A DNA stretch of 64,000 nucleotides, from the IMG/VR virus record IMGVR_UViG_3300027759_000043; one strand, given 5' to 3'. A program made the translations under genes and the position numbers. Shown here in pieces: positions 8,984 to 17,965 of this stretch (the first letter of the stretch is position 1; each line of letters begins with the position of its first letter). The notes under the pieces are model-generated. The model saw nothing but the letters and a program-made list of their open reading frames with translations. It was not told the origin of the DNA and ran no database searches. Source of the stretch: a virus. Its lineage: Duplodnaviria > Caudoviricetes.

Positions 8984-9831
8984 GCAAACTCAAAATAGCA
9001 GAACTGTTTTATAGTATTCAAGGTGAAGGCAGATATATGGGGGTGCCCAGTGTATTCCTTCGAACCTTCGGGTGTAATTTTTCTTGCAGGGGATTTGGCA
9101 TGTCTCGAGGAGAACTTAGTGATGAAGCAGAACTTATTGATCCTACTAACTATACCGACTACAATGAATTGCCTTTGGTATCAACCGGATGTGACAGTTA
9201 TGCAAGTTGGGATCCTAGATTCAAAGATTTGAGTCCCATGTTAGAAACCAATGCTATTGTTGATCGTATCATGCAAATACTTCCGCACAAGCGTTGGGAA
9301 GATGAGCATCTTGTGATCACAGGTGGTGAGCCACTGTTAGGATGGCAACGTGCTTATCCGGACTTGTTGAATCATCCAAGCATGGGCAGACTTCGAGAAA
9401 TCACATTTGAAACTAATGGCACTCAGAGGTTAGATGATCAATTCAAACAACACTTACACACCTGGACCTCTCATCATGGTCAAGACTTCTATAGAGAAGT
9501 CACATTTAGTGTGAGTGCTAAACTACCTGGATCAGGTGAGTCATGGTCGGATGCTATCTGTCCAGATGTGGTATGTGAATATGAAGAATATGGTTATACA
9601 TACTTGAAATTGGTCGTAGCAACAGAACAGGATCTAGTAGATGCAGAACAAGCAGTTGAAGAATATCGTGCGGCTGGGTTTACAGGTCCTGTGTATGTTA
9701 TGCCTGTTGGTGGTGTTGAACGGGTGTATACCCTTAACAATCGTGCAGTGGCAGAAATGGCAATGCGAAAAGGCTGGCGGTACAGTGATAGACTACAAGT
9801 GCCACTATTTAAAAACGAATGGGGGACCTGA
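8980..9831 (+). CDS. queE: 7-carboxy-7-deazaguanine synthase (radical SAM)
   Basis: IAELFYSIQGEG..G.PSVFLRTFGCNFSC...CDS, ITGGEP, FETNGT, QVPLF terminus. Confidence 0.85.
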   Translation: MSKLKIAELFYSIQGEGRYMGVPSVFLRTFGCNFSCRGFGMSRGELSDEAELIDPTNYTDYNELPLVSTGCDSYASWDPRFKDLSPMLETNAIVDRIMQILPHKRWEDEHLVITGGEPLLGWQRAYPDLLNHPSMGRLREITFETNGTQRLDDQFKQHLHTWTSHHGQDFYREVTFSVSAKLPGSGESWSDAICPDVVCEYEEYGYTYLKLVVATEQDLVDAEQAVEEYRAAGFTGPVYVMPVGGVERVYTLNNRAVAEMAMRKGWRYSDRLQVPLFKNEWGT

Positions 9832-10223
9832 TGGGGATACGTGATTGGTTTAAGAAAAAGCCCGAGCCTGCACCAAAGGTCCGGTCTGAACCCAAACCCA
9901 AAGAACCAGTCAAGACTGAAAAGCAGTTGGCTACAGAGCGTGGCGAGCCTTGGGTGGCAATCTTAAGCATGGACATTGATCCTGAAAACTTGCATCAAGG
10001 CGCATTTGAACTAGACTGGAATGACAAGTTCATATTCAATCTTATTCGTGCGGGGTACCAACTCAAGAAAGAAGACACTGACGGAGAAATTGTGGATCGC
10101 TGGTTCCAAAATGTTTGCCGACATGTTGTAATGGAAACTTGGGAACAAGAAGAAGCCATGAAGAAATCAGGCATTTATGTTCGTGCCACAGATATTGGTA
10201 ACGGACGCACGGAAGTTTCATGA
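9831..10223 (+). CDS. Hypothetical protein
   Basis: TGATG overlap with queE; start reassigned to 9831. Confidence 0.7.
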   Translation: MGIRDWFKKKPEPAPKVRSEPKPKEPVKTEKQLATERGEPWVAILSMDIDPENLHQGAFELDWNDKFIFNLIRAGYQLKKEDTDGEIVDRWFQNVCRHVVMETWEQEEAMKKSGIYVRATDIGNGRTEVS

Positions 10224-10909
10224 TCTCGGAAATTTTTGTTAATGGTGACAGTTTCTCTGCCCCTGCCCAGGACGTTGTGCCGTATTCCGTACATCTTGGA
10301 CAAATGTTCAATGTTCCGGTTACAAATTTTGCTGTGGCAGGCAGTTCAAATGACAGATTATTTCGTTCTACGTTAGAATATTGTCTAAATCTTTCGGATC
10401 AACAAACACCATTGATAGTGATTGGATTTAGTTTTGTTGACAGGGAAGAAACTTGGATCGATGAGCCTTCCAAATGGCATGAACAAGCGAGAGATTTTAC
10501 TGGGTCAAAATTTCTAAGCACTATGTGGTTAACCAATCAAACTGTAGATGAAACCACTATGCATCTGATCATAGATCAAAATATAAATCAACAAATGATA
10601 AATTTTTATACTAAATTGTTCATGTTTACTCAAACTTTAAAACAATTAAAGATACCGTATTTTTTATTTTCAGCGGCAAACAATCAAGATTTTAGAAAAT
10701 TAGATTGGTCATGTTTAAAAAATTTAAACATGTATAATTATGTTCAGAGTGATGCTTGTGTGCTTGATATACATGGTTTCAACATGAGAATTTGGGCCGA
10801 AACCAATCAGGTACCCATTAATACTTATCACTATTTGTATAATGACGGTCATAAAAAATTTGCCGAATTTTTACATGGTCAAATAAATGATACTTTATGT
10901 AAACGGTGA
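10220..10909 (+). CDS. SGNH hydrolase-like protein
   Basis: VNGDSFS, GSSNDR, C-terminal H..DGH. Confidence 0.6.
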   Translation: MISEIFVNGDSFSAPAQDVVPYSVHLGQMFNVPVTNFAVAGSSNDRLFRSTLEYCLNLSDQQTPLIVIGFSFVDREETWIDEPSKWHEQARDFTGSKFLSTMWLTNQTVDETTMHLIIDQNINQQMINFYTKLFMFTQTLKQLKIPYFLFSAANNQDFRKLDWSCLKNLNMYNYVQSDACVLDIHGFNMRIWAETNQVPINTYHYLYNDGHKKFAEFLHGQINDTLCKR

Positions 10910-11588
10910 TAGTCACACTGCGGCTGCCGAAGCAGTGAACTCTTATGCCTTTGCAGAAGATGATGGCTTGTATTACGGTCTGGGTCGTAGGCCACATCCA
11001 GACAACGAGCGTGTGAGTTGGGGTTGTGAACTGGCCAATCATCTCCGAGCCATATTGCATTGTGATGCAGAAAGTGCCTCCAGCAATGCTCGTATCATGC
11101 GCACCACACGGGCTTGGTTGCAACAGCAAGACAGTCTTGAAGATACCTTGGTCATTATACAGTGGTCAACTTGGGAACGTCAAGAATGGTTGCATGACAG
11201 TACATGGTATCAAGTGAATGCTAGTGGTCTAGATGATGTGCCCGAATCATTACAAGATCGTTATCGAAGATTCATTGTTGATGTTGATTGGGCCGAAGCA
11301 AGACAACATGCACACAGCCAAATTTGGCAGTTTCATAGAGAACTGCACCTCAACGGTGTTCGCCATGTGTTCTTTAATGGTAACTCAGATTTCTCAGGTG
11401 TACCAAATCGCCACGACTGGGGCGTCAACTACATGGCACCATATGATCCGGCCAATACCTATGACAGTGTGCTGAAAAACAACAGTTTCAAAACGGTACG
11501 CCCAGATTCCTGGCATTTTGGTGAGGCGGCCCATTGCTTTTGGGCCCAACATGTGCTAAACTACATCAAACACAACAACTTGGTTTAA
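10887..11588 (+). CDS. SGNH hydrolase-like protein
   Basis: VNGDSHT, ASSNARI, WHFGEAAH. Confidence 0.6.
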   Translation: MILYVNGDSHTAAAEAVNSYAFAEDDGLYYGLGRRPHPDNERVSWGCELANHLRAILHCDAESASSNARIMRTTRAWLQQQDSLEDTLVIIQWSTWERQEWLHDSTWYQVNASGLDDVPESLQDRYRRFIVDVDWAEARQHAHSQIWQFHRELHLNGVRHVFFNGNSDFSGVPNRHDWGVNYMAPYDPANTYDSVLKNNSFKTVRPDSWHFGEAAHCFWAQHVLNYIKHNNLV

Positions 11589-11590
11589 AC

Positions 11591-12613
11591 ATGAAATACT
11601 TGCTGATTGATACTGCCAACACATTTTTTCGTGCCCGTCATTCGGCTTTTAGGGCCGCAGATCCCTGGGAAAAGGTAGGTTATGCGTTACACATTGTGAT
11701 GAGTAGTATCAACAAGGTACACCGCAAATTCAACGCAGATCACGTGGTGTTCGCACTAGAGGGTCGCTCATGGCGCAAAGACTATTACGAGCCCTACAAG
11801 AAAAATCGTGCTGTGGCCCGTGCCGCACTGACAGAAACTGAACGGGAAGAAGATCAGTTGTTCTGGGAGACGTTTGATGGCCTGACTAAATACTTGGGTG
11901 ACAGCACAAACTGTAGTGTTATACGTCATCCCGAAGCAGAAGCAGATGATGTTATTGCTCGCTGGATTGCATTGCATCCACTAGATGAACACTACATCAT
12001 CAGTTCAGACACAGACTTTATACAATTGCTTGCCCCCAATGTCAGCCAATACAATGGTATAACTGACGAACTTCACACCTTGGAAGGAATCTTTGATGCT
12101 AAAGGTCGACAGGTCATTGATAAAAAAACTAAACAACCAAAAACGGTTCCGGATCCAGCCTGGTTGTTATTTGAGAAGTGTATGCGTGGGGACTCCTCCG
12201 ACAATGTTTTTAGTGCATATCCGGGAGTACGTGAGAAAGGCACAAAGAATAAAGTTGGTCTCCGTGAAGCCTACGCGGATCGCGGTAATAAAGGCTACAA
12301 CTGGAACAATCTCATGTTGCAACGTTGGACCGACCACAATGGAACGGAACATCGTGTGAAAGATGATTATGAACGCAACTGTGTGCTAGTGGATCTCACA
12401 GCACAACCTGCAGAGATCAAACACAAAGTAGACACGGCCATACACGAACAAATCTCACACAAGGATATTGGTCAGGTGGGTGCAAGATTTATGAAATTTT
12501 GCGGCAAGTATGAGTTGAACAAACTTTCAGAGTCAGCAGAACAATATGCTCGCTGGCTCAATGAAACTTACAAAGGGCATTTAGATGAACATCATAGCAA
12601 AACCGGTAGTTGA
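11591..12613 (+). CDS. rnh: T4-type RNase H / 5'-3' flap exonuclease
   Basis: LLIDTAN, SWRKDYY..YKKNR, EADDVIA, ISSDTDFIQL, GDSSDNV. Confidence 0.85.
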   Translation: MKYLLIDTANTFFRARHSAFRAADPWEKVGYALHIVMSSINKVHRKFNADHVVFALEGRSWRKDYYEPYKKNRAVARAALTETEREEDQLFWETFDGLTKYLGDSTNCSVIRHPEAEADDVIARWIALHPLDEHYIISSDTDFIQLLAPNVSQYNGITDELHTLEGIFDAKGRQVIDKKTKQPKTVPDPAWLLFEKCMRGDSSDNVFSAYPGVREKGTKNKVGLREAYADRGNKGYNWNNLMLQRWTDHNGTEHRVKDDYERNCVLVDLTAQPAEIKHKVDTAIHEQISHKDIGQVGARFMKFCGKYELNKLSESAEQYARWLNETYKGHLDEHHSKTGS

Positions 12614-13043
12614 CAATCAGTTCTGGATATTAAAACAGGACGACCGTAAGGTAGGTAACATCGAAGCCACTGATGATGGCTTTGCTGTCAAGATTGACAA
12701 CAAGGTCACTAGTTTCAAAACCATCAACATGATTCGGCAACGAGTCAACATTGAGTTTGAGGCCATTGGTAACAAACCCAACCGGGAACCGGCCAGTTAT
12801 CAGGTGCAAGGGTATCCATCAAACAGTCGTGTGTACAATCCTGTTTGGGACGTACAACAAGGCTTGCCGTTGTTTACTAAAAAACGCAAATCAAAAAGTT
12901 GGTTTGCTGCCGGTTGGTATCAGGTGCGCCAACGTAAAACTTGGTCAGTGGTACAGAGCCCCAAACTAATCACCTTGGAACGCTATGCTTACCAAGGTCC
13001 TTTCCATACACAAGACGAGGCAAAAAATGAACCCCTTCCGTGA
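12585..13043 (+). CDS. Hypothetical protein
   Basis: ORF track; operon packing. Confidence 0.65.
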   Translation: MNIIAKPVVDNQFWILKQDDRKVGNIEATDDGFAVKIDNKVTSFKTINMIRQRVNIEFEAIGNKPNREPASYQVQGYPSNSRVYNPVWDVQQGLPLFTKKRKSKSWFAAGWYQVRQRKTWSVVQSPKLITLERYAYQGPFHTQDEAKNEPLP

Positions 13044-13395
13044 TCAGCAGAAGTTTATGATAGCCTGTGACCAATCAGTTGACGGGCCGCCAGGTGCTCA
13101 GTTTGATATGTATTGCAACCTCATTGAAGAAGAACACAAAGAACTACTAGCCGCATTGACCGCCAATGATGATGTGGAAGCACTGGATGCGTTGATTGAC
13201 ATCTTGGTTGTGACAATTGGTGCTATTCATTCAGCAGGCTTTGATGCCGAAGGTGCTTGGAAAGAAGTCATGCGCACCAACTTTGCCAAGATTGACCACG
13301 AAACAGGCAAGGTTCGTAAACGTGAAGATGGCAAGGTACTCAAGCCCTTGGGTTGGGCACCACCTGATTTGAAACCTTTCTTGAAGCGTCAATGA
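13027..13395 (+). CDS. MazG-like / all-alpha NTP pyrophosphohydrolase
   Basis: IEEEHKEL..EALDALIDILVV..N.AK..REDGKVLKP. Confidence 0.75.
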   Translation: MNPFRDQQKFMIACDQSVDGPPGAQFDMYCNLIEEEHKELLAALTANDDVEALDALIDILVVTIGAIHSAGFDAEGAWKEVMRTNFAKIDHETGKVRKREDGKVLKPLGWAPPDLKPFLKRQ

Positions 13396-13601
13396 GTCTA
13401 CACATAAACCGGTTCATCGACAACATCAAAGCACATGAAAGTCGCAATGCCCGGGAATTCATGTGCCCCATGCGAGATGCCAAAGATCTGCATGCCGATA
13501 TAACCAAATTGTTGTTGATAATCACTAACTTACAGTCTCAAGTTCAGGCTCTACAACAAGAGTCTGTGATCACTGTGGAAGTGGTCGGTCAGGACTTCTA
13601 A
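13392..13601 (+). CDS. Hypothetical protein
   Basis: ATGA overlap with upstream gene. Confidence 0.6.
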   Translation: MSLHINRFIDNIKAHESRNAREFMCPMRDAKDLHADITKLLLIITNLQSQVQALQQESVITVEVVGQDF

Positions 13602-13644
13602 AACTACGTATATTTTAAGATAAATAAATGTAGGAGTTTAATGA

Positions 13645-13941
13645 ATGAGCCGCCCCAAACCACAAATACTGATTGAGCACACCAACAAGCAGACCTACAA
13701 GACTGAACAGGTTCTTGCGGCCGAAGGCATTTGGGCGGTGTTCTTTGATAACCAACCTATCAATCTCAAAACTGCCAACTTGTTGACACAGTACCCAGGT
13801 CCCAAGTACAAAAAGGTCAGTTTCTCCAACAGCGGTCATGCCATCAACTTGGCTCGCAAACTCAACGTGCAGTTCAAGACCGACAAGTTCACTGTGGTGT
13901 TGTTAAAGAGCGGGGATAAGATCTATCCCAATGCGCGATAA
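13645..13941 (+). CDS. Hypothetical protein
   Basis: TAAATA and SD AGGAG upstream. Confidence 0.65.
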   Translation: MSRPKPQILIEHTNKQTYKTEQVLAAEGIWAVFFDNQPINLKTANLLTQYPGPKYKKVSFSNSGHAINLARKLNVQFKTDKFTVVLLKSGDKIYPNAR

Positions 13942-14290
13942 ACTTGCTGTCACCCAAGCCTTAATTGCTCAACTCAAACCTGATGACCGGCCTGGCATTA
14001 ACTCGGCCATGCGTGACTGGTGGCAGAATCTTAGAGATGGTTCGGGACTACGATTGACTGCAGAAGGTCACTTAGTGATGAAGCAGTTGGGTGTGGAGAG
14101 TTATCACTTTGATATCCGGCCAGACCATCTCACTCCTAGACTGTTGGTGCAGTTGGACCAACGCTTGCATGATCCATATTTTCTCAAAGCCGATCGACGC
14201 CAACCTTGGATCGAGTTCTACGGCAGTCGCGAAGCATTACTTGCTAACTTGTACGGCGATTTGAGCCGATTCCTAGAAAATTATAGTTAA
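13931..14290 (+). CDS. Hypothetical protein
   Basis: ORF track; overlap with upstream gene. Confidence 0.6.
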   Translation: MRDKLAVTQALIAQLKPDDRPGINSAMRDWWQNLRDGSGLRLTAEGHLVMKQLGVESYHFDIRPDHLTPRLLVQLDQRLHDPYFLKADRRQPWIEFYGSREALLANLYGDLSRFLENYS

Positions 14291-14294
14291 ACCC

Positions 14295-14379
14295 AAAGTA
14301 TTACTTTTTGTAACCTAAAAAAGTAGTACTTTTGTAGCAGTAGATTTTGATTGACCAAATAATGCTCTTTTGCTATAAT
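14295..14379 (+). promoter_or_regulatory. Stem-loop plus early promoter
   Basis: 15-bp stem 14295-14309/14318-14332; TTGACC(14351)-17-TATAAT(14374). Confidence 0.75.
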
Positions 14380-14385
14380 ACTTGT

Positions 14386-14733
14386 ATGGAACTTAAAAAG
14401 CAATCACGTAAAAAACGCACAGATCGTACACACATCGTGTACATGCTCACAAGCGGCAACGATTTTTATATTGGCGTTACTGCTAAGACTGCGGGCACAA
14501 TAAAAAAGAGCGTGATGACACGATGCATGAAGCACTTGTACCGAGCACGAAGCGAAGACAAGTCGTGGTTGCTTTACGAGACCATGCGCGAGCGCGGCGT
14601 AGGCAGTTTCTCTGTTGGCGTACTAGCAGTCTTGCGCGGTAAAACTCAAGCACATACATTCGAGCGCGAATTAATACGAAAGTACGCACCTAATTTGAAC
14701 ACAGATGTACGTGCTAAAACGGTTGACCAATAA
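14386..14733 (+). CDS. GIY-YIG family endonuclease (stand-alone, probably leaderless)
   Basis: IVYML..FYIGVT, R...H, E..LI..LN; ATG 6 nt after TATAAT. Confidence 0.7.
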   Translation: MELKKQSRKKRTDRTHIVYMLTSGNDFYIGVTAKTAGTIKKSVMTRCMKHLYRARSEDKSWLLYETMRERGVGSFSVGVLAVLRGKTQAHTFERELIRKYAPNLNTDVRAKTVDQ

Positions 14734-14784
14734 TTGGATATTTGCTATAATACTTGTATAGAAACTAAAAAGGAACCCAAAATG
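14723..14784 (+). promoter_or_regulatory. Repeated early promoter/SD cassette
   Basis: AAACGGTTGACC-17-TATAAT..AAAAGGAACCCAAAATG; similar copies at 15023-15084 and 34575-34637. Confidence 0.8.
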
Positions 14785-15018
14785 TTAAACACAATAACTT
14801 ATCGTAGTACACTTTCCAGGAATTTTGTTGCTACTAAGTCTAATAGACCCAACCAGCAGGACTTTACGCAAATTAGTGCAGAGCCCTGTTTAGTTTACAA
14901 AGACTATGTAATTCGTGCTACAGTAGAGGACACAGAAGGTAAACGTTTTGTTTGCATTTTTACTCCACAAGGTAAACTTAAACAGTACCATCAAATTCAC
15001 GCAGATGTGCTGGTTTAA
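14782..15018 (+). CDS. Hypothetical early protein
   Basis: Start reassigned downstream of promoter/SD cassette. Confidence 0.65.
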   Translation: MLNTITYRSTLSRNFVATKSNRPNQQDFTQISAEPCLVYKDYVIRATVEDTEGKRFVCIFTPQGKLKQYHQIHADVLV

Positions 15019-15022
15019 ACGG

Positions 15023-15084
15023 TTGACCAGAAATTGCCCATTTGCTATAATATACACATAAAGACACAAAAGGAACCCAAAATG
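15023..15084 (+). promoter_or_regulatory. Repeated early promoter/SD cassette
   Basis: TTGACC(15023)-17-TATAAT(15046)..AAAAGGAACCCAAAATG, exactly 300 nt after previous copy. Confidence 0.8.
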
Positions 15085-15345
15085 AGTTGGAACAGTTTTA
15101 TTGCACAAGTAGCCGAAGATCAAGCAAACGCACTAGTATTTGGCCACAGTCGCCGCATTACCGGTGCTGGGCAAGCCGCTTATATACGCTACGGCAAGGG
15201 CCTACGTGCATTGCATAATGCATTAGACAAAGCCCTGCCTGCCGCTATAGACCGTGCAAAAGCCAAGAAAAATGCAAGTCACATTGCCGAATTGGAACGT
15301 GCTGGTTTTACAGTAACTAAAAACACAGAAACAGTAGGAGCCTAA
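15082..15345 (+). CDS. Hypothetical early protein, paralog of 34635-34895
   Basis: Shared C-terminus IAELERAG(F/Y)TVTKNTETVGA. Confidence 0.7.
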   Translation: MSWNSFIAQVAEDQANALVFGHSRRITGAGQAAYIRYGKGLRALHNALDKALPAAIDRAKAKKNASHIAELERAGFTVTKNTETVGA

Positions 15346-15346
15346 T

Positions 15347-15694
15347 ATGTCAGTCACAGTCAACGGTGTCAAAGTAGACACAATCGTAGCCGAAGCCAAG
15401 TCAGCCGCTAGACAGGCCGCTGAAAAGTTTTTCCAAGAAAAACTTGGCGGACGAGATCAGTATGCTTGTGGCTTTGCTTGGGTCGACATATTTGGTGTTC
15501 GAGGCAATACCAAACTGGGTCGGGCTTTAAAAGAAGCAGGCGTGAGCAAGAGTCATACAGGTGCTTTCCAAATTTGGAATCCAGCAGACATGTACGTGCA
15601 AAACGTAGACACACTGGCGGCAGGTGCCCAAGCGGCGGCTGATGTTTTTAAGAAATACGGCTTTACTGCATACGCTGGTAGCCGATTAGATTAA
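15347..15694 (+). CDS. Hypothetical early protein
   Basis: SD AGGAG in upstream tail. Confidence 0.7.
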   Translation: MSVTVNGVKVDTIVAEAKSAARQAAEKFFQEKLGGRDQYACGFAWVDIFGVRGNTKLGRALKEAGVSKSHTGAFQIWNPADMYVQNVDTLAAGAQAAADVFKKYGFTAYAGSRLD

Positions 15695-15703
15695 GGAAAT
15701 CGC

Positions 15704-15886
15704 ATGAGACTATCACCACTTGACGAGCGTATGAACGCAGACATTGATGCATTGATTGCCAAATTGCAAGAAGCCAAAACAAGTAGAACCTATTTACAAC
15801 GTGCCAGTCTTGTGGGCAAGGTTGCTGAGCAGTGCCAAAGTTATGAATTTTATTGGGAAGATAGACTTCTCAGTTTAATGGACTAA
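15704..15886 (+). CDS. Hypothetical protein
   Basis: SD AAGGA; ORF track. Confidence 0.6.
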   Translation: MRLSPLDERMNADIDALIAKLQEAKTSRTYLQRASLVGKVAEQCQSYEFYWEDRLLSLMD

Positions 15887-15888
15887 CC

Positions 15889-16110
15889 GTGCAAAAGCGG
15901 GTCAAACAATTGATGGCACAGACGCTAGACGAAAAGTTCAGCCATACCTGGACCACCATGACGCCCGAAGACTTGGAAAAGTTCACGACCCACTTTGCTC
16001 GACTGCTAATTAAGGACTGTGCCGATACTGCCTATCGATTTGATGGGCTTACACTAGGGCAAGGCTATACCGTTGCCAAGCATCTTAGAAAACACTTTGA
16101 GGTTGAATAA
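15889..16110 (+). CDS. Hypothetical protein
   Basis: ORF track; packing. Confidence 0.55.
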   Translation: MQKRVKQLMAQTLDEKFSHTWTTMTPEDLEKFTTHFARLLIKDCADTAYRFDGLTLGQGYTVAKHLRKHFEVE

Positions 16111-16307
16111 TGTACGAACTAATATTTACATTTTTGGTTGTGACCAAGGCCGGGATTCCGGGCTTTCACATAGAACAAATCAGCCGCTTTCGAGAAATAG
16201 AGGACTGTGAAAAAACTCGGACTTCCATGGTCACATACATGGACCAATTGGTACGAGAGAACAAAATGTTTCCCGGCGTGTTTGAATGCCGAAAGGTACA
16301 GCGATGA
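16110..16307 (+). CDS. Hypothetical protein
   Basis: TAATG overlap. Confidence 0.6.
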   Translation: MYELIFTFLVVTKAGIPGFHIEQISRFREIEDCEKTRTSMVTYMDQLVRENKMFPGVFECRKVQR

Positions 16308-16573
16308 ACAAAGAAATTACACTCACACCCGCAGGCGGCCGATTCTATCGTGCCATGACCTTCCACTGGATTACTGTGGCCATATGTATGCCACCCTTGG
16401 CTGTAGCCATGATTGCGGCCATACTGAATCCGTTTTGGTTTCGTGACTCAATGTTCAACTGGGTAGAACGTATAGTTAACCAATTTACTCGTTGGCGTAA
16501 CAACGTGAAATACCGCATCTATCTCAACTGTGACCCTGTAGTGTGGCACACCCTCAAAGGCGACTTGAAGTGA
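16304..16573 (+). CDS. Hypothetical membrane protein
   Basis: ATGA overlap; hydrophobic segment WITVAICMPPLAVAMIAAIL. Confidence 0.6.
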   Translation: MNKEITLTPAGGRFYRAMTFHWITVAICMPPLAVAMIAAILNPFWFRDSMFNWVERIVNQFTRWRNNVKYRIYLNCDPVVWHTLKGDLK

Positions 16574-16878
16574 ACAAAGTTGTTCGGGATGGCCAAGTGG
16601 CGGTGATCTATTCGCCTAAATACGGCGGAGGCTGGAGTACATGGAATCCCAAGCATCCTGAAATCTTGTTTGACCCTGCCATTGTTGATTTTGTGGAAAA
16701 AGAACAATGGGAAGAATTGCAGGTATATGTCACGCTCCGGTACCCGGACGTTTATGTTGGTGGTATAGAAGGATTGACGATTGAATGGATTCCTGAAGGC
16801 TCTTTCTTTCGTGTGAATGAGTATGATGGTGCTGAAACTATCGAAACCAGAAACGAAATTAGGTGGGTTCAGGCCTAA
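16570..16878 (+). CDS. Hypothetical protein
   Basis: GTGA overlap; VAVIYSPKYGGGWSTW..EYDGAE. Confidence 0.65.
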   Translation: MNKVVRDGQVAVIYSPKYGGGWSTWNPKHPEILFDPAIVDFVEKEQWEELQVYVTLRYPDVYVGGIEGLTIEWIPEGSFFRVNEYDGAETIETRNEIRWVQA

Positions 16879-16895
16879 TAATAAATAGGCACATC

Positions 16896-17378
16896 ATGAC
16901 CAAGGTAAATTCTAGTCCCCAACGACACACATTTCAACACTCTCGTGATGAGTTGGATGAGGTGTTGAAATCCATACGGGACCAAGATCGTAAAAACTTG
17001 GTCAACCCTGAATGGCAGAAAGACAACTTGGAATGGGATTTGCGTAGTACCAAATGGATCTGCGACAGTGCCAAAAGTACCAAGACCTACGCTCAAAACT
17101 TGTATGCGGCCTTGTGCAACAATGACTTTCAAAAGAATGAAGTATGGCCCAGGCTTGAAAATAAAATATGGAGTTGCAGTTGGCGCCATGCTGGGGGTAT
17201 TGTTGCTGACATGCGTGAAGAAGGCGACTATGTTGAGTGGTACTGCTCAGGCATACAAGGCGACCCTGATGATGATTGGGTAGATCTAGGACATGTGCCA
17301 GAAGGCACAGTAACAGATCGAATACGTGAAGACTTATTCCGCTTGGGTTGGATTATTTTAAATTTTGATTTAAAATAA
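16896..17378 (+). CDS. Hypothetical protein
   Basis: TAAATA at 16882, ATG 8 nt later. Confidence 0.65.
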   Translation: MTKVNSSPQRHTFQHSRDELDEVLKSIRDQDRKNLVNPEWQKDNLEWDLRSTKWICDSAKSTKTYAQNLYAALCNNDFQKNEVWPRLENKIWSCSWRHAGGIVADMREEGDYVEWYCSGIQGDPDDDWVDLGHVPEGTVTDRIREDLFRLGWIILNFDLK

Positions 17379-17406
17379 TAAATACAGCATAAGGGGAAAT
17401 AAAATT

Positions 17407-17655
17407 ATGTCTACATCTACAGAGGTTGTTTGGCAAGTTGGTACACCAAGTAGTACAGATCAGTCTGCCATACATGTTCAAGCAGAAACAATGGCAAGTG
17501 AGGGAAAAACTGATAATGTTGCTGTTGACCAACTGAACGTTCCAGAAGTTGGCCAACTAACAGTTACTCGTACCTGGACCACTACTGCTGATGCAGAAGA
17601 ATGGGTTGCATTTATTCTTACATACAATCCAATTTCTGCTGAGATTACTACTTAA
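17407..17655 (+). CDS. Hypothetical protein (Thr/Val-rich)
   Basis: TAAATA and AAGGGG upstream. Confidence 0.6.
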   Translation: MSTSTEVVWQVGTPSSTDQSAIHVQAETMASEGKTDNVAVDQLNVPEVGQLTVTRTWTTTADAEEWVAFILTYNPISAEITT

Positions 17656-17692
17656 ATCTGGCAGAAAACACCATACAATTAAATAGGCACCT

Positions 17693-17965
17693 TTGACAGT
17701 TAATATTGATTTTTACAAACTCAAACTTGTTCAAGATATAATTCAGTCTATAGCAGATGCACGATCAACACTACTAGACGAACTTTTGATCCATGCATCT
17801 GATCCTACAATTAAGATGCGTAGATTTCGTATGCTGAAACAACTAAGTCAATTTGAATCACAAATAATTGAAAAAATTTGGCTATTTGAAACTGATGATT
17901 GCGCAGATCTACTTCAAATAAATTTGCCAAAAGAAATTTATTCGGTAGTATCTAGAGATGCTTGA
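17693..17965 (+). CDS. Hypothetical protein
   Basis: TAAATA at 17680, TTG start 7 nt later. Confidence 0.55.
   Translation: MTVNIDFYKLKLVQDIIQSIADARSTLLDELLIHASDPTIKMRRFRMLKQLSQFESQIIEKIWLFETDDCADLLQINLPKEIYSVVSRDA

Noticed and set aside
14347-14385. ORF-track starts at 14347, 14734 and 15034
   Set aside because: These TTG starts fall within or next to promoter elements. Real starts follow the promoter or SD (14386, 14782, 15082).
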